The notes below the pieces were generated by a model. That model was not told the DNA's origin and did no database searches. It saw only the letters and a program-made list of their open reading frames with translations. A DNA stretch of 64,000 nt. It comes from Andalucia godoyi And28. Its lineage: Eukaryota; Protista; Jakobida. Position numbers and translations under genes: made by a program. Below are positions 53,811-64,000 of the stretch, one piece after another. The stretch's first letter is position 1. Each line of letters opens with the position of its first letter. The stretch spans positions 1 to 64,000 of the forward strand of contig VRVR01000055.1 in NCBI GenBank assembly GCA_009859145.1, given 5' to 3'.

Positions 53811-54395
53811 TCAAGCAGAATGCAAGAGCAAAATTTGGAAAGGGATTTGGGTGTTGCCATGTTGAGACAGGAATTGAGAAATGAGTAGCCGAAATTGTTC
53901 TTGAAGTAGCGGCTCGGAAGATGCATCCGACGGTAGCTTCCCCACCGTTTTGTTCCACAAAACCTGAAAGGCATCCCAATTTGGAGGCACGGAAAGAGAA
54001 GGAAACATGTCTTCAAACGAAACTTCGTCTCGGTAAAGATAGTCCATGAATCCTCTCGACGACGTCTGCGCATCCAACAAATCGTGGGACAGGTTGGAAA
54101 GGAACTTCTGGATTTCAATCTTTTTCAGCCCGTCATTCGACTTCCTTAGTGCCTCATTCGACTTCTTTATTGCCTCATTCGCTTTCTCTATTGCTTCTCG
54201 TGCAATCTCAGTGGCTTGGCGCAGTTGCTCCAGAGTGAGCTTGGTCGAGCTATTCTTGTCTTCCTGTTGGTGCTCGGCGTCATTTTCCCGTCGCAGCTGT
54301 TCCCGATCGGACTAAATCAATTCAATTTCCCTTTTTAACTGCTCCACCTGCAGCTGCAGCTTCTGAGTCTCAATATTTGGATCGGAAGAATTCAT
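53811..54395 (-). pseudogene. Decayed Crinkler-like N-terminal half
   Basis: Starts MNSSDPN at 54395 with TAG at 54312-54314; contains FLSNLSHDLL, SFEDMFPSL and SEPLLQEQFRLLISQFLSQHG, after which homology fades. Confidence 0.8.
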
Positions 54396-54537
54396 CAGTC
54401 AGCAAAAAAATCAAAGAGAACAGAAATTCAAAGAATTGTGAAAGAAAAGAAAAAGGAGAGAAGAAAAAAATCCAACACAGAAAAATACTGCACAAATGCT
54501 GGTGTTCTTCGAATCGCGCGTGAAGGGTGAGACCGGT

Positions 54538-54718
54538 TTCACCACTACGAGTCGGTATATTTCGGTATTCATATCATTTGAGCAGTCAGAAAAACCCCGC
54601 GTTTGTCACATTTTTTCCCGTTTATATTCGACTTCTCCTCCTCCTCGTCTTCTTCTCTTTTTCTTTCTTTCTATGTGTATTCACATTCTTTATTTTCATT
54701 TCATTTTTGTATTGACCG
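54538..54718 (+). repeat. 5' flank duplicated with 45532-45723
   Basis: ttcaccactacgagt...atatttcggtattcatatcatttgagcagtcagaaaaaccccgcg...ctatgtgtattcacattctttatttt. Confidence 0.88.
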
Positions 54719-56608
54719 ATGAGTTCGTCCGATTCAGATGACAAGATTCAGGAGCTGCTGAAGCAATTCGAGCAGTTGAAGCAGGCAAAGGAGGCTGCTG
54801 AAGCAGCGTTTGAACGTGAAAGACAGGAGAAGGAAAAGGAACGCCAGGAGAAAGAAGAGGCACAATCCGCTCTTAGACGAGGAAGACGACGGAATGAGAT
54901 TTTGGAACAGGAACTGCAGAAATCAAGAATCGAAACGTTCCTTACCGGACTCTCACGGGATTTATTGGCCGTTGGGTCGTCGTCGCGCAGTCGTGGAACG
55001 AAATTGTATACTTCGAACGTCTCTCTCCAGCATCTCTTTGCTGACTTTCCTCCTCCTCTGCATTGGGATGACTTCCAAGCTATGTGGAACGAAACGATTG
55101 GCAGTTTACCTCTGGACTGTACGGAGCCACCACTTCAAGAGCAGTTCCGACTGTTTGTCACCCGATTCCTTTCCACCCACGGCGACGTGCACATGGTGGA
55201 CTTCTCCAGAAGTGGCCTGTATGGACTGATTCAGAAAGTGGATTTGCTCTTCTGCCGCGGCCGCACTGCCAAGCGTCTGCCCACATATTTTGAATCCTGT
55301 CTTGTTGGAGAACTCAAAGCATCAGATTCCGCTGAGCATCCGGATGCAAAGTTGAAAGAGGCTGTTTTACAAGTGTATCAGCGCTTCGCGCACATGGTGG
55401 AGGAGTGCGGGATACGCCGACGTTCGTACTGGGGGTTCGCTTGCAACCGAACGTCGATCGTGTTCTTGCATCTGCGCATTCTGCAGACTCGCAAGGGGTG
55501 GGACTATGATCTGTTACGGACAAAACCAGTCGCTCTGGATACGGAAGCCTTGCATGCCTTGTGTGCCTTGTTGTCGTGTGACTCTCATGCGTTGTGCGCA
55601 TGGGACGGCGCATCGCCACCTGTCATTTCCCCAGTATCTTCTGGCATTGTTTCTTCCTTGCGGATTGCAGGACAAGTGCATTTGACAGGAATGCTGCAAC
55701 GCGGACCAGCACACGGAGTTGGAGAGCCAGATGCAGTCGAGGTTGCGACTGGAATGGTAGACGGATCGACGTCCGTAGTTGTGAAGTGCTTTCCGAGATC
55801 AAGACTCGCCGAAATGGAGACCGAACGAAGTGTGCTGCTCGAGATTTGCGGAATCGACTGGGGTAGTCACAAGCACTGGGTACCGTCTCTTCTCCTTTCT
55901 GATCAGTCTGATCGTGGGGGTATTTTGTGCACCACTCCTGTTGGAAATCCGTTACCACTTGCCTCGTGCTTTCCCGAGCATATGGTTCTTCTGTATTGCA
56001 CCGAACTTCTTTTTCAACTGACATCCATCGTGTTGAAATGCCATCGGAAATGCGTTTACCACATGGACATTTGTCCTCAAAATATTGTGCTTCTGAGCGA
56101 ACCCGTGGTCCAATTTCAGTTTCCCGTTTGTTTGATCGATTGGGGAGGCGCCTCTTTCTTGCAGAAACGAAACGACGAGTTTCATTACCACACTGCATTT
56201 TCTCCGGACTGGCTGCACGAAGTGCGTTCACTGGCAGATCTGTCCAATGGCGAGCGACTGCAGGTCTGCTTGCAGCAAGTCGTCCTGACCTCCATGTATC
56301 TCGTGTTTGGCGACATTCTCTCGTGGCTACCGCCGGTGGCCATTGTCCTCTCCGAGAACCAGCAACAGGATTCACACGTTCGCGTACGAACGAAAATGGA
56401 TTTATTTCGGATTCGAGGAGAACTTATCGGCAATTTGCTCGATGCGTCGCTTCAAGCACCAGTGTTGGCAGACCGTGGGCCTCTACGTTTGTTTTTCCAG
56501 CAATTGAAGGCCGCGGTTCCGAAGCTTTTTGATTTAGGAGAGCGAAACAGCGCGGATGACGCGCTCATTACTCGTATGCAAGAATTTTGCCTTTCTATCC
56601 GTGAGTGA
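54719..56608 (+). CDS. Crinkler-like effector copy 3 (coiled coil + REase fold + atypical kinase)
   Basis: KVDLLFC...LVGELKA, YHMDICPQN and DWGGA; intact 629-aa ORF. Confidence 0.8.
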   Translation: MSSSDSDDKIQELLKQFEQLKQAKEAAEAAFERERQEKEKERQEKEEAQSALRRGRRRNEILEQELQKSRIETFLTGLSRDLLAVGSSSRSRGTKLYTSNVSLQHLFADFPPPLHWDDFQAMWNETIGSLPLDCTEPPLQEQFRLFVTRFLSTHGDVHMVDFSRSGLYGLIQKVDLLFCRGRTAKRLPTYFESCLVGELKASDSAEHPDAKLKEAVLQVYQRFAHMVEECGIRRRSYWGFACNRTSIVFLHLRILQTRKGWDYDLLRTKPVALDTEALHALCALLSCDSHALCAWDGASPPVISPVSSGIVSSLRIAGQVHLTGMLQRGPAHGVGEPDAVEVATGMVDGSTSVVVKCFPRSRLAEMETERSVLLEICGIDWGSHKHWVPSLLLSDQSDRGGILCTTPVGNPLPLASCFPEHMVLLYCTELLFQLTSIVLKCHRKCVYHMDICPQNIVLLSEPVVQFQFPVCLIDWGGASFLQKRNDEFHYHTAFSPDWLHEVRSLADLSNGERLQVCLQQVVLTSMYLVFGDILSWLPPVAIVLSENQQQDSHVRVRTKMDLFRIRGELIGNLLDASLQAPVLADRGPLRLFFQQLKAAVPKLFDLGERNSADDALITRMQEFCLSIRE

Positions 56609-56878
56609 AACACTTCCCAACTGCAACGGGGTGGCGACATCTGTCCCAAGAAACTTTCTACTTGGTTTCAAAATCAAAGTGGACCCAAATACCCTTGCAA
56701 AATGGAATTCTTGCAAAGTAAAATGGGTCTCTTCCAATCCGTAAAGTTTAGGTGTGCTCCTTATTTTTGTTTCAGTGAACTGATGGTGCAAGTGGAGAAT
56801 GCGGTCATTCAAGGGCGTTTCCGCCTCCCCCGTGCCCACGGAGCTACTGTGAACTAGGTTGACGGCTTACGCTTTCTT

Positions 56879-58260
56879 TTACTCGTTTTCATCCGTTCCA
56901 ACATCCTCTTCAGCATCATTAATGGCGGTATTACCTCTGATTCGATCTGACGGGCCCGGTCTCGTGTCGTGGAGCGATGCAATAGGAAGCTGCTCCTCTC
57001 CTTCATCATGAACAGCGTCAGACACAACTTCGTCTGCTTCTACTCCCGCTTCCACACCCTCTGTCAAGACCCCGGACCGATGCTCAAGACCCCATTCTTT
57101 GAATTGCGAGATTGCAGCTTTTTCTTCGTCGTCGCCTGCGTGAACTTGGTCGAGAAGTCGCCGTGACGATATTGGCTGTCGAGACAAACATTCCTCAAAA
57201 AAAGACAATGCACGACCCCATGCCGCCTGCACTTGGTCGGTAGTGATCTTGAAGAAAGACTCGCATATAAGATAGACAATGTTTTCCTTGGAATGTGGGA
57301 TGATGGTCGTCAGCAGTCTGGAAAAGTGGTATTTCCAGATGCTGAAGACTTCCTCGCAAGGATCCAAGAAGGGTGAGTACGGAGGCAAGTGACTCAGCTC
57401 CACCTCTTGCGGAATCACAGACTGCACAACATGCGATTTGCGAATTGAACAGCTGTCCAGAATAATCAGCTGCCGAGTTCCATCTTTCCGAGGAAATGCA
57501 TTCTTGCTGGAAAGTTCCTCGAACATATTCTGAAGGAAACCCGCATACGTCTTTCCATTCACATTTCCGGCAAAGCACTCAAAATACACGATCCTTGTCC
57601 GATTCATTGCGGCAATTGTGGTAATGACAGGAAGGAAAACCTTTCCAGCTGGGATAACCGGTCTGCAGCCTTGGAGGCTGATGCCCTTGCGCGGTAGCGC
57701 ATCGTAACTGAAATGTGTTTCGTGTATGAAGATCGCTTCGTTATAATCCCGACTTTTCTCGGCTGACATTAAAGCAGCGTACTCGAATCGTGCCTCGATG
57801 TTCTTCTCCGAGTTCCGGCTCCCGGGAACCGGATAAAAGTCTGCGGTCCGCAATCCGAGGTAGTCATGCACCCACTGCTCCAGAGTTTGTGCGCTCGAGA
57901 CCGGGTCAAGTCGTAGGAGTTCGGGAAACTGCTTTTGCATCATAGTCACCAAGTCGACATATGAAAGTGTGTTGTCCATTGCTATCTGACGAGAAGCCCA
58001 AAGAAGATGATCATCGGAAAACATTCGAGTCCGGCGGGACTTTGGGTTTGTAGAACCGTGCCCGGCTGGTTCAAGCGGATTTTCTCCCCGTTGCTGTCGC
58101 TTCCGCATTGCGTAGTCGTTGCTCCGAAGGGTTGATTCCTTGTACTGCAGGACACTTGCAAGCTCTTTGATATTGGCGTTTCCGAGGATCAGATTAGTAG
58201 CTGCACTCTGAAGATTTGAACTTCCGAGTTCCGACTTTCGAGCCTTTTTGCTTTTCAGAA
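56879..58260 (-). mobile_element. IS630/Tc1-mariner-like transposase, probably inactive
   Basis: IFIHETHF (His where the paralog has the first catalytic Asp), ILDSCSI and LPPYSPFLDPCEE. The frame stays open upstream of the track ATG (58108), through an HTH-like segment, to a TAG near 58275. No convincing TIRs. Confidence 0.8.
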
Positions 58261-59202
58261 GAAAGAAGGAATTCTAAAAATAGCTCTTCCTCAAAATTGA
58301 ATTCAGAAATTCCTGTCATTTCCAGTCTTTGAGGGTTCCTTTTGTTTCCCGCCATCCGTTTTCATTCTCTTTCTGTTCTTTTGGCTGGATTCCTTCATTG
58401 ATTCTGCTGTTGCTTGCTTTCTTCATCTCTGATTGATTTTCGTGGCCTGATGGTGGTGCACGTTGTGAAAGCTGCCATTCCAGGGCGGCTGCGCAACCCC
58501 GATCTGCACCACATCATTCTGGACTGGGTGCACCTCTAATCGCCGGCGCGTGGGCCGCGATGAGCATGCGTCAGTGCTGGCTCAGGCGGCCGCAGTGCTT
58601 GTGCAGGAGTCTACCGGGTATTCCTAGTGCAAGCGAGTGTCCAGTCCCGCGTAGGCACACACTCACTGTTTGTGAAGGCTGCGGAGGTTGAGGACGGAAA
58701 ATGTCTGCTAAGGGGACATTTCGTGAGCGTTTCCCAGATTCTTTGCTTTTATAAAAATGGGGGGTGCGCCCTAAACAGCACCAGCAGAATCGTAGTCGCC
58801 CTTCGATGTTGAGCGTGATGCACAACCCGATCCATCAGGGGGAAATACGAGTAAAAGACAAAAGCAGAACGATGGAAAGGGAAAAAGTGACGGGGGAAAA
58901 TTGAGAAAGAAGCAAAACAAACAAATCTTAACTGTTGTGGGCCTCAAGAACAACGTCTCGCTGACATCAAAAGTGGCTCAGGAATTCAAGTTTGCTGATA
59001 CGAAACTTTAAAATAGAAGCGCAAACTTCCCCAGAGTCTCCTTCCAATTCTGCGAGGCCGAAGAGTCGAGGATGTTTTGCCCTCGATTCATCGTATCGTT
59101 TCATTTTTTAGATTTTGACGACCTGGAAGTGCTTGTTGGGAAACCAGATCTTGCAATCTGAATTACGTACTTCTACCGAGAAGATTTGAATATCACAAAA
59201 GA

Positions 59203-61227
59203 ATGGCGGTGTCGGATGTACAACTCCGATCATCCGTCTCTGTTGAGTGGCAGAACCTCGCATTTTCATTTGGAACAAAGAAGATCTTTTCGAATGTCGA
59301 TGGATGTGCACATGTTGGAGAACTCACATGTATTCTTGGAGGGTCAGGAGTTGGAAAAACAACACTCTTGAATATGCTTGCGGATCGTGTTCCGGCCGAC
59401 AAGAGAGTGGTTACGTCCGGAACGATTGTATTTGGAGGAAAAGAACGACGTCAGATATCCGACTCTGAATTCCGCAGGTTATCTGGCTATGTCATGCAAC
59501 AAGACTGGCTACTGGAGACTCTGACTTGTCGAGAAAACTTGCAATTCGCGGGACTGCTAAGACTTCCCAGCCAAATGACGAAAGCAGAAATGCTCGCAAA
59601 GATCACAGACATCGAAAACCAATTGGTTCTCGGAGAGTGCGCAAATGTGATGACCATGAATTTGTCTGGCGGCCAGAGAAAGAGACTGTCGATCGGAATG
59701 GAGCTCATCACCGATCCATCCGTCCTGTTCCTGGACGAACCAACCAGCGGCCTGGATTCATATTCCGCACGCACGGTCATTCGACACCTGCGAGCCATGG
59801 CAGTCAGGTCCCAACGCACAATTCTGTGTACCATACACCAACCGTCATCCGATGTCTTTGCGCTTTTTGATCGTGTGCTGGTTTTGGGAAAGGGTGGAGT
59901 GGTCTACTGCGGCTCTCGATCCATGATCACCCAATACTTTGCAGATATAGGATTTCCCTTGCCGGCGTTCCTGAACCCAGCCGATGTTTGCCTAACTATT
60001 GTTCAGTCGCTCCATACTTTATCGTCTCCCAGTCCTGCAAGTTCAGAACCCGCAGATATCGTAGAAGGCGGTTCCGAAACGGAAGGACACCATGAAGTTG
60101 TGCAGCTTCCCGCAAACCCCCACGAGGCCGGGTCGGCTGCAGATGTCGCCATGGATGAAATTGATCTTTTGATACGAGACAAGCAGCATCTTGATTTTGT
60201 CGCCACGTTCGCCAAATGGTCCACCGCCCATGCTTGCACCGCTACACCAGTGATGCACAATGCACGTCCCTCGACAATAGACACTGTTCTAGAAACTGCC
60301 ATTGCCGAGGATGGTCAGCGTGAATCTGTTGTCCAGAGGAATACCACTGACAAGGAAGGAACGCACGCTTCTCGTGAACTGGGCCTGATTGCACAGACCG
60401 TACTACTGGTGAAACGAAACATGCTGTCGTCCTCTCGCAATCGGTTTGTGATGAGCTTGCGACTTGCACAGACGCTGTTTCTGTCGATGATTGTGGGTCT
60501 GATCTTCCTCCAACTCGATACGGATCAGAAAGGAGTGCAGAACCGTGAAGGTGCATTGTTTCTCTCCGCAACCGCCATGATCATGAGCGGTATCACAAGC
60601 TGTCTCTTTGTTTTCCCTCGTGAAAAGCGTGTCTTTCTGCGCGAGTATACGTCTGGAAGCTACTCTTCTCTGTCTTTTTTCTTTTCCAAAGCGATCACCG
60701 ATTTGCCTTTTCAAATTATATTCCCTTGTTTGTACGGCGTGATTGTGTACTGGATGGTTGGTTTCCAGGACACCGCGTCCAAATTTTTTACATTTCTCGG
60801 TGGGGTTATTCTGCTGTCAAATGTAGGCTCCTCCGTTGGTTTCCTGCTTGCAGTCAGCGCTCCAGATCCGGATGCAGCGATCTCGCTTCTTCCTTTCGTC
60901 ATGATTTCTGCAATGGTATTCGGAGGTCTCTTCATCAACACCAGCAGTGTTCCCGTCTATTTCTTACCCTTTCAAATGATCAGCTACATCAAATGGGGCT
61001 TTGAGGGTCTGTCCATCAACGAGTTTGAGGGTCTTTCGCTCCACTGCAAATCCTCACAAGTTGTCAATGGGCAGTTCTGTCCGGTAACCAGCGGTAAGCA
61101 AGTCCTCGACAGTCTCGCCTTTGACAGTTCGACAGTCGCACTGGCATTTGGAATTCTTTTGGCCGAATTTTTTGTTTTCCGCTTGTTGTCCTTCCTTGTT
61201 CTTTCCATTATTGTCAAGAAGCAGTAA
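59203..61227 (+). CDS. ABCG (White-family) half transporter
   Basis: GGSGVGKTT, LSGGQRKR, LFLDEPTSGLD, CTIHQP and a C-terminal TMD. Confidence 0.95.
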   Translation: MAVSDVQLRSSVSVEWQNLAFSFGTKKIFSNVDGCAHVGELTCILGGSGVGKTTLLNMLADRVPADKRVVTSGTIVFGGKERRQISDSEFRRLSGYVMQQDWLLETLTCRENLQFAGLLRLPSQMTKAEMLAKITDIENQLVLGECANVMTMNLSGGQRKRLSIGMELITDPSVLFLDEPTSGLDSYSARTVIRHLRAMAVRSQRTILCTIHQPSSDVFALFDRVLVLGKGGVVYCGSRSMITQYFADIGFPLPAFLNPADVCLTIVQSLHTLSSPSPASSEPADIVEGGSETEGHHEVVQLPANPHEAGSAADVAMDEIDLLIRDKQHLDFVATFAKWSTAHACTATPVMHNARPSTIDTVLETAIAEDGQRESVVQRNTTDKEGTHASRELGLIAQTVLLVKRNMLSSSRNRFVMSLRLAQTLFLSMIVGLIFLQLDTDQKGVQNREGALFLSATAMIMSGITSCLFVFPREKRVFLREYTSGSYSSLSFFFSKAITDLPFQIIFPCLYGVIVYWMVGFQDTASKFFTFLGGVILLSNVGSSVGFLLAVSAPDPDAAISLLPFVMISAMVFGGLFINTSSVPVYFLPFQMISYIKWGFEGLSINEFEGLSLHCKSSQVVNGQFCPVTSGKQVLDSLAFDSSTVALAFGILLAEFFVFRLLSFLVLSIIVKKQ

Positions 61228-61558
61228 GCCAAACGCCCGCCTTCGAACGTTCAGCCCCTAGGAAGCAAACACTCTAATGAAAGGTTGTGACGTGTGAGTT
61301 TGTTGGGAAACTACAATTTTCTTCGCCTTTTTGATGCCGATCCTGGGAATGACCCATTGACACATACACATTCGAATTTCCTTCCAAAATCGTCCTGTCA
61401 AAATGTTGAAATATACCCTAGAACAGAGAGAGAGGGTTTGTAGATTAACGAAGATGGAGATGACATGGCCAAAGTAGACAAAATATTGAAAGTCAATCCG
61501 AAGACTGCGTCTGCATGGATTCAAAAGTACCAGCGCGCTGTTTGGATTGATTTAACTT

Positions 61559-62859
61559 GTGCACTTGCTGTTTTGCTCCGAACGCATTGCCAGGCGATTG
61601 GCCACGTATATTGAAGCGTGTCTTGTGGGAGAGCTCAAAGGATCTGGTGGCGAGCATGCCGACGCGAAGTTGGAGAAGGCTATTCGGCAAGTGTACCAAC
61701 GCTTTGCACACATGGTCGAAGAGTGCGGGATACGCGGACGCTCGTACTGGGGATTTGTGTGCAACCGCACGTCGATCGTCTTCCTGCATCTGCGCATTCT
61801 GCAGACTCGCAAAGGGTGGGACTATGACTTTTTCGAAACTAATCCTGTTGCATTGGACACCGAGGGTTTGTACGCGCTGTGCACGTTGTTGTCGTTTGAC
61901 TCTCATGCATTGTGTTCCTGGGACGGAGAGGCTCCGCCCGTGGTGTCCGCTGCATCGTCTGCGATCATCGATTCGCTATCGATTGCACAACAGGTCCAGT
62001 TAGTTGGGATGTGGTCGAGATTGCGGTGGCTGTCGTGGATCAGACGACCTCGGTTGTCGTGAAATGCTTTCCGACGTCGAAACTCGCAGATATGGAGATG
62101 GAGAAAAGTGCACTGACAGAACTTGCTACAATCGACTGGAGCGGTCATAAGTACTGAGTGCCGTCCCTTCTGCTCGCCGAGCAGTCCGAGCGCGGTGGTG
62201 TTATCTGCACGACTCCCGTGGGCAGCCCTTTGCCACTTGCATCGTGCTTTTCCGAGCCTGCGATGCTTTATTGTTCCCGGCTTCTCCACCAGCTGATATC
62301 CATCGTGTCGAGCTGCCACGAGAAGGGCATCTACCACATGGACATTTGTCCGTAGAACATCATCCTTCTGAGCGAGCCAGTCAATGAATTTCTGTTCCCA
62401 GTATGCTTGATTGATTGGGGCGGTGCTTCGTTTATGCAAAAGCGAAATGACGAGTTTCACTACCATTCTGCCTTCTCGCCCGATTGGCTGGATTCAGTGA
62501 CATCGTTGACAGATCTGTCCGATGGCGAGCGGTTGCAGGTCTGTTTGCAGCAGGCAATCTTGACTACCATGTACTTTGCATTTGGCGACGTGCTCTCGGG
62601 GCTGCCTCCAATGGCCTTTATTCTTGATAAGAAGAATCTGCAACAGGATTCGCACTCTCGCGTGCGGACCAAAACAGAGCTGTTTGAGATTCGAAGAGAA
62701 ATCATCGCTCATCTGCCGGATCCCTCGCTTGATACACCAGTGCTGGCCGGCCGCGACTCTCTACGATTGCTTTTCCAGCAGCCGAGGGACGCGGCGCCGA
62801 CGTTTTTTAAATTGGAAGAGCGAAGCACCGCAGGTTGTTTGCTTTTGAGCCGTGTGTGA
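61559..62859 (+). pseudogene. Decayed Crinkler-like copy (REase + kinase, N-terminus missing)
   Basis: Closest to 54719-56608. Stops TGA at 62155-62157 (Trp) and TAG at 62353-62355 (Gln), with a deletion/frameshift near 62010. Confidence 0.88.
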
Positions 62860-64000
62860 GAGTCTTGCACGACCGTCCGCGGATAACTCAATCCGGACTT
62901 GAGCATTCGACAAACGCAACAGACCTTGAAATTTTTCTCGCATTTTGGCATTTCTGGTCAGCATATGTGTCGATCAAGTAGATGACTGAATTCAGTTAAC
63001 GAATCGTACCCCCAGTTACTCTTCTGGAAGTTCGTAGGTTGCACCCTTTCATTCAAATTAGTTCTTCCTTGTTATGCTGACATGGGTTGAAAAACCCCAT
63101 CATGGTTTCTGGAATGAGACAGGTGTACATCACAAGGAGAACCGAGGATAATGCTAGCGGAACAGTCAAGCATACGGTGTTCGGATGTTTGATTTGCCAT
63201 CTCCCCCTCCAGCATCTGTCGGGGAAGCCGAAGAGCGAAGAATGGCAGTTACTGCAGACACGATGCGAAACATAAACAAGAAAATTGCCGGTCGGTGGCA
63301 ATGACCCATCTGAGTCTCGAATTGAAAGCTTTCAACGTGGACTTCCGCTTTTTCGCGCTTTTTTCTGACCATCTGACAGGCTTTCGGAATGCTCGTCCCG
63401 GATGGAACCATCGAAAACTCGAAAATTTTCTCCCCCTCTTATTGCCAACCCTGAATGATCGCAAATCAGATGTCATTCTGGAATCGTCTGTCGATCACAT
63501 GCTCACATCGGAGCTCCGCTAGGTTGTTTGCTCGCATCTCCGGTCATCGTTTTCTGACAGCAATGGAGATGCAAGTTGGCATTTGACACTCGAGTCTCCA
63601 GGTTCCCAATGTGCTAGGACAAGTTTTTTGCAGTAGTCCGCCTGCATGAACAGAGCGGACATGTCTGGTTCCGATTATTACGAGCAGAAGCAGGGTATGT
63701 CACATCAGATACGGCTCGGAGAATGCTCGGATCTTTGCAGAATCCAATTTCGCCTTCATTTTTAGCGTTTGATCGAAAGCGAGAACTCCAGGCGGTTGGA
63801 GGCTTGTGCGAAATTGAATGGACAGCAAACATGAAACGGCACCCTTCTTGTCTTTCTTTGTGATTCTCTTTTTCTTCTTTCTTTCTTGTTATTGTTTCAA
63901 AAGTACAACAAATAACCAACCAAACAAACACGCATGCGAATCTTGATCTGGCTTTTGCTGTGCATTGGAATCAGAGTAGTTACGGCGGACTTCGGTTGGA

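Noticed and set aside
38190-54718. Polypyrimidine tracts before ATGs as trans-splicing acceptors
   Set aside because: An AG follows the tract at 38258 and 45910 but not at 45531, 54719 or 6288, so pyrimidine-rich leaders are the simpler reading.
19417-62355. Stop-codon reassignment or readthrough explaining in-frame stops
   Set aside because: TAG replaces both Trp and Gln, TAA replaces Glu and TGA replaces Trp. The same loci carry frameshifts, and intact genes end in all three stops. These are ordinary pseudogenes.
20071-62355. RIP-like C-to-T hypermutation of repeats
   Set aside because: Most visible nonsense changes are transitions, but that is expected for nonsense mutations anyway. No alignment-based mutation spectrum was computed.

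Overview
Eukaryotic, gene-dense, intron-poor, protist-like DNA in the standard code; the organism cannot be identified from the window. It looks like a fast-evolving accessory region. (1) 1-8.4 kb: two distinct, apparently intact PIF/Harbinger transposons (each a DDE transposase plus a partner ORF between TIRs) sit 88 bp apart within one LRR/Cys-rich multi-TM receptor gene. (2) 8.9-25 kb: a ~2,860-aa mosaic surface protein (beta-propeller, RCC1, beta-helix, Cys-rich, multi-TM; one frameshift), a small secreted protein, a decayed IS630/Tc1 transposase and a frameshifted LRR multi-TM receptor. (3) 25-42 kb: orphan genes, a GNAT acetyltransferase and the most interesting cluster. It contains a bacterial-type cGAS/DncV-like nucleotidyltransferase (SMODS/CD-NTase, 32440-33423), a kinase-TPR protein and, head-to-head with that, a kinase-KEN ribonuclease of the RNase L/IRE1 type (38258-41692). 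Together they suggest a clustered, OAS-RNase L/CBASS-like second-messenger immune module in a microbial eukaryote; this is a hypothesis. (4) 43-63 kb: a local expansion of Crinkler-like coiled-coil + restriction-endonuclease-fold + atypical kinase genes (3 intact, 3 decayed pieces), two ABCG half-transporters and a second IS630/Tc1 copy. No rRNA, tRNA or CRISPR array was recognised.
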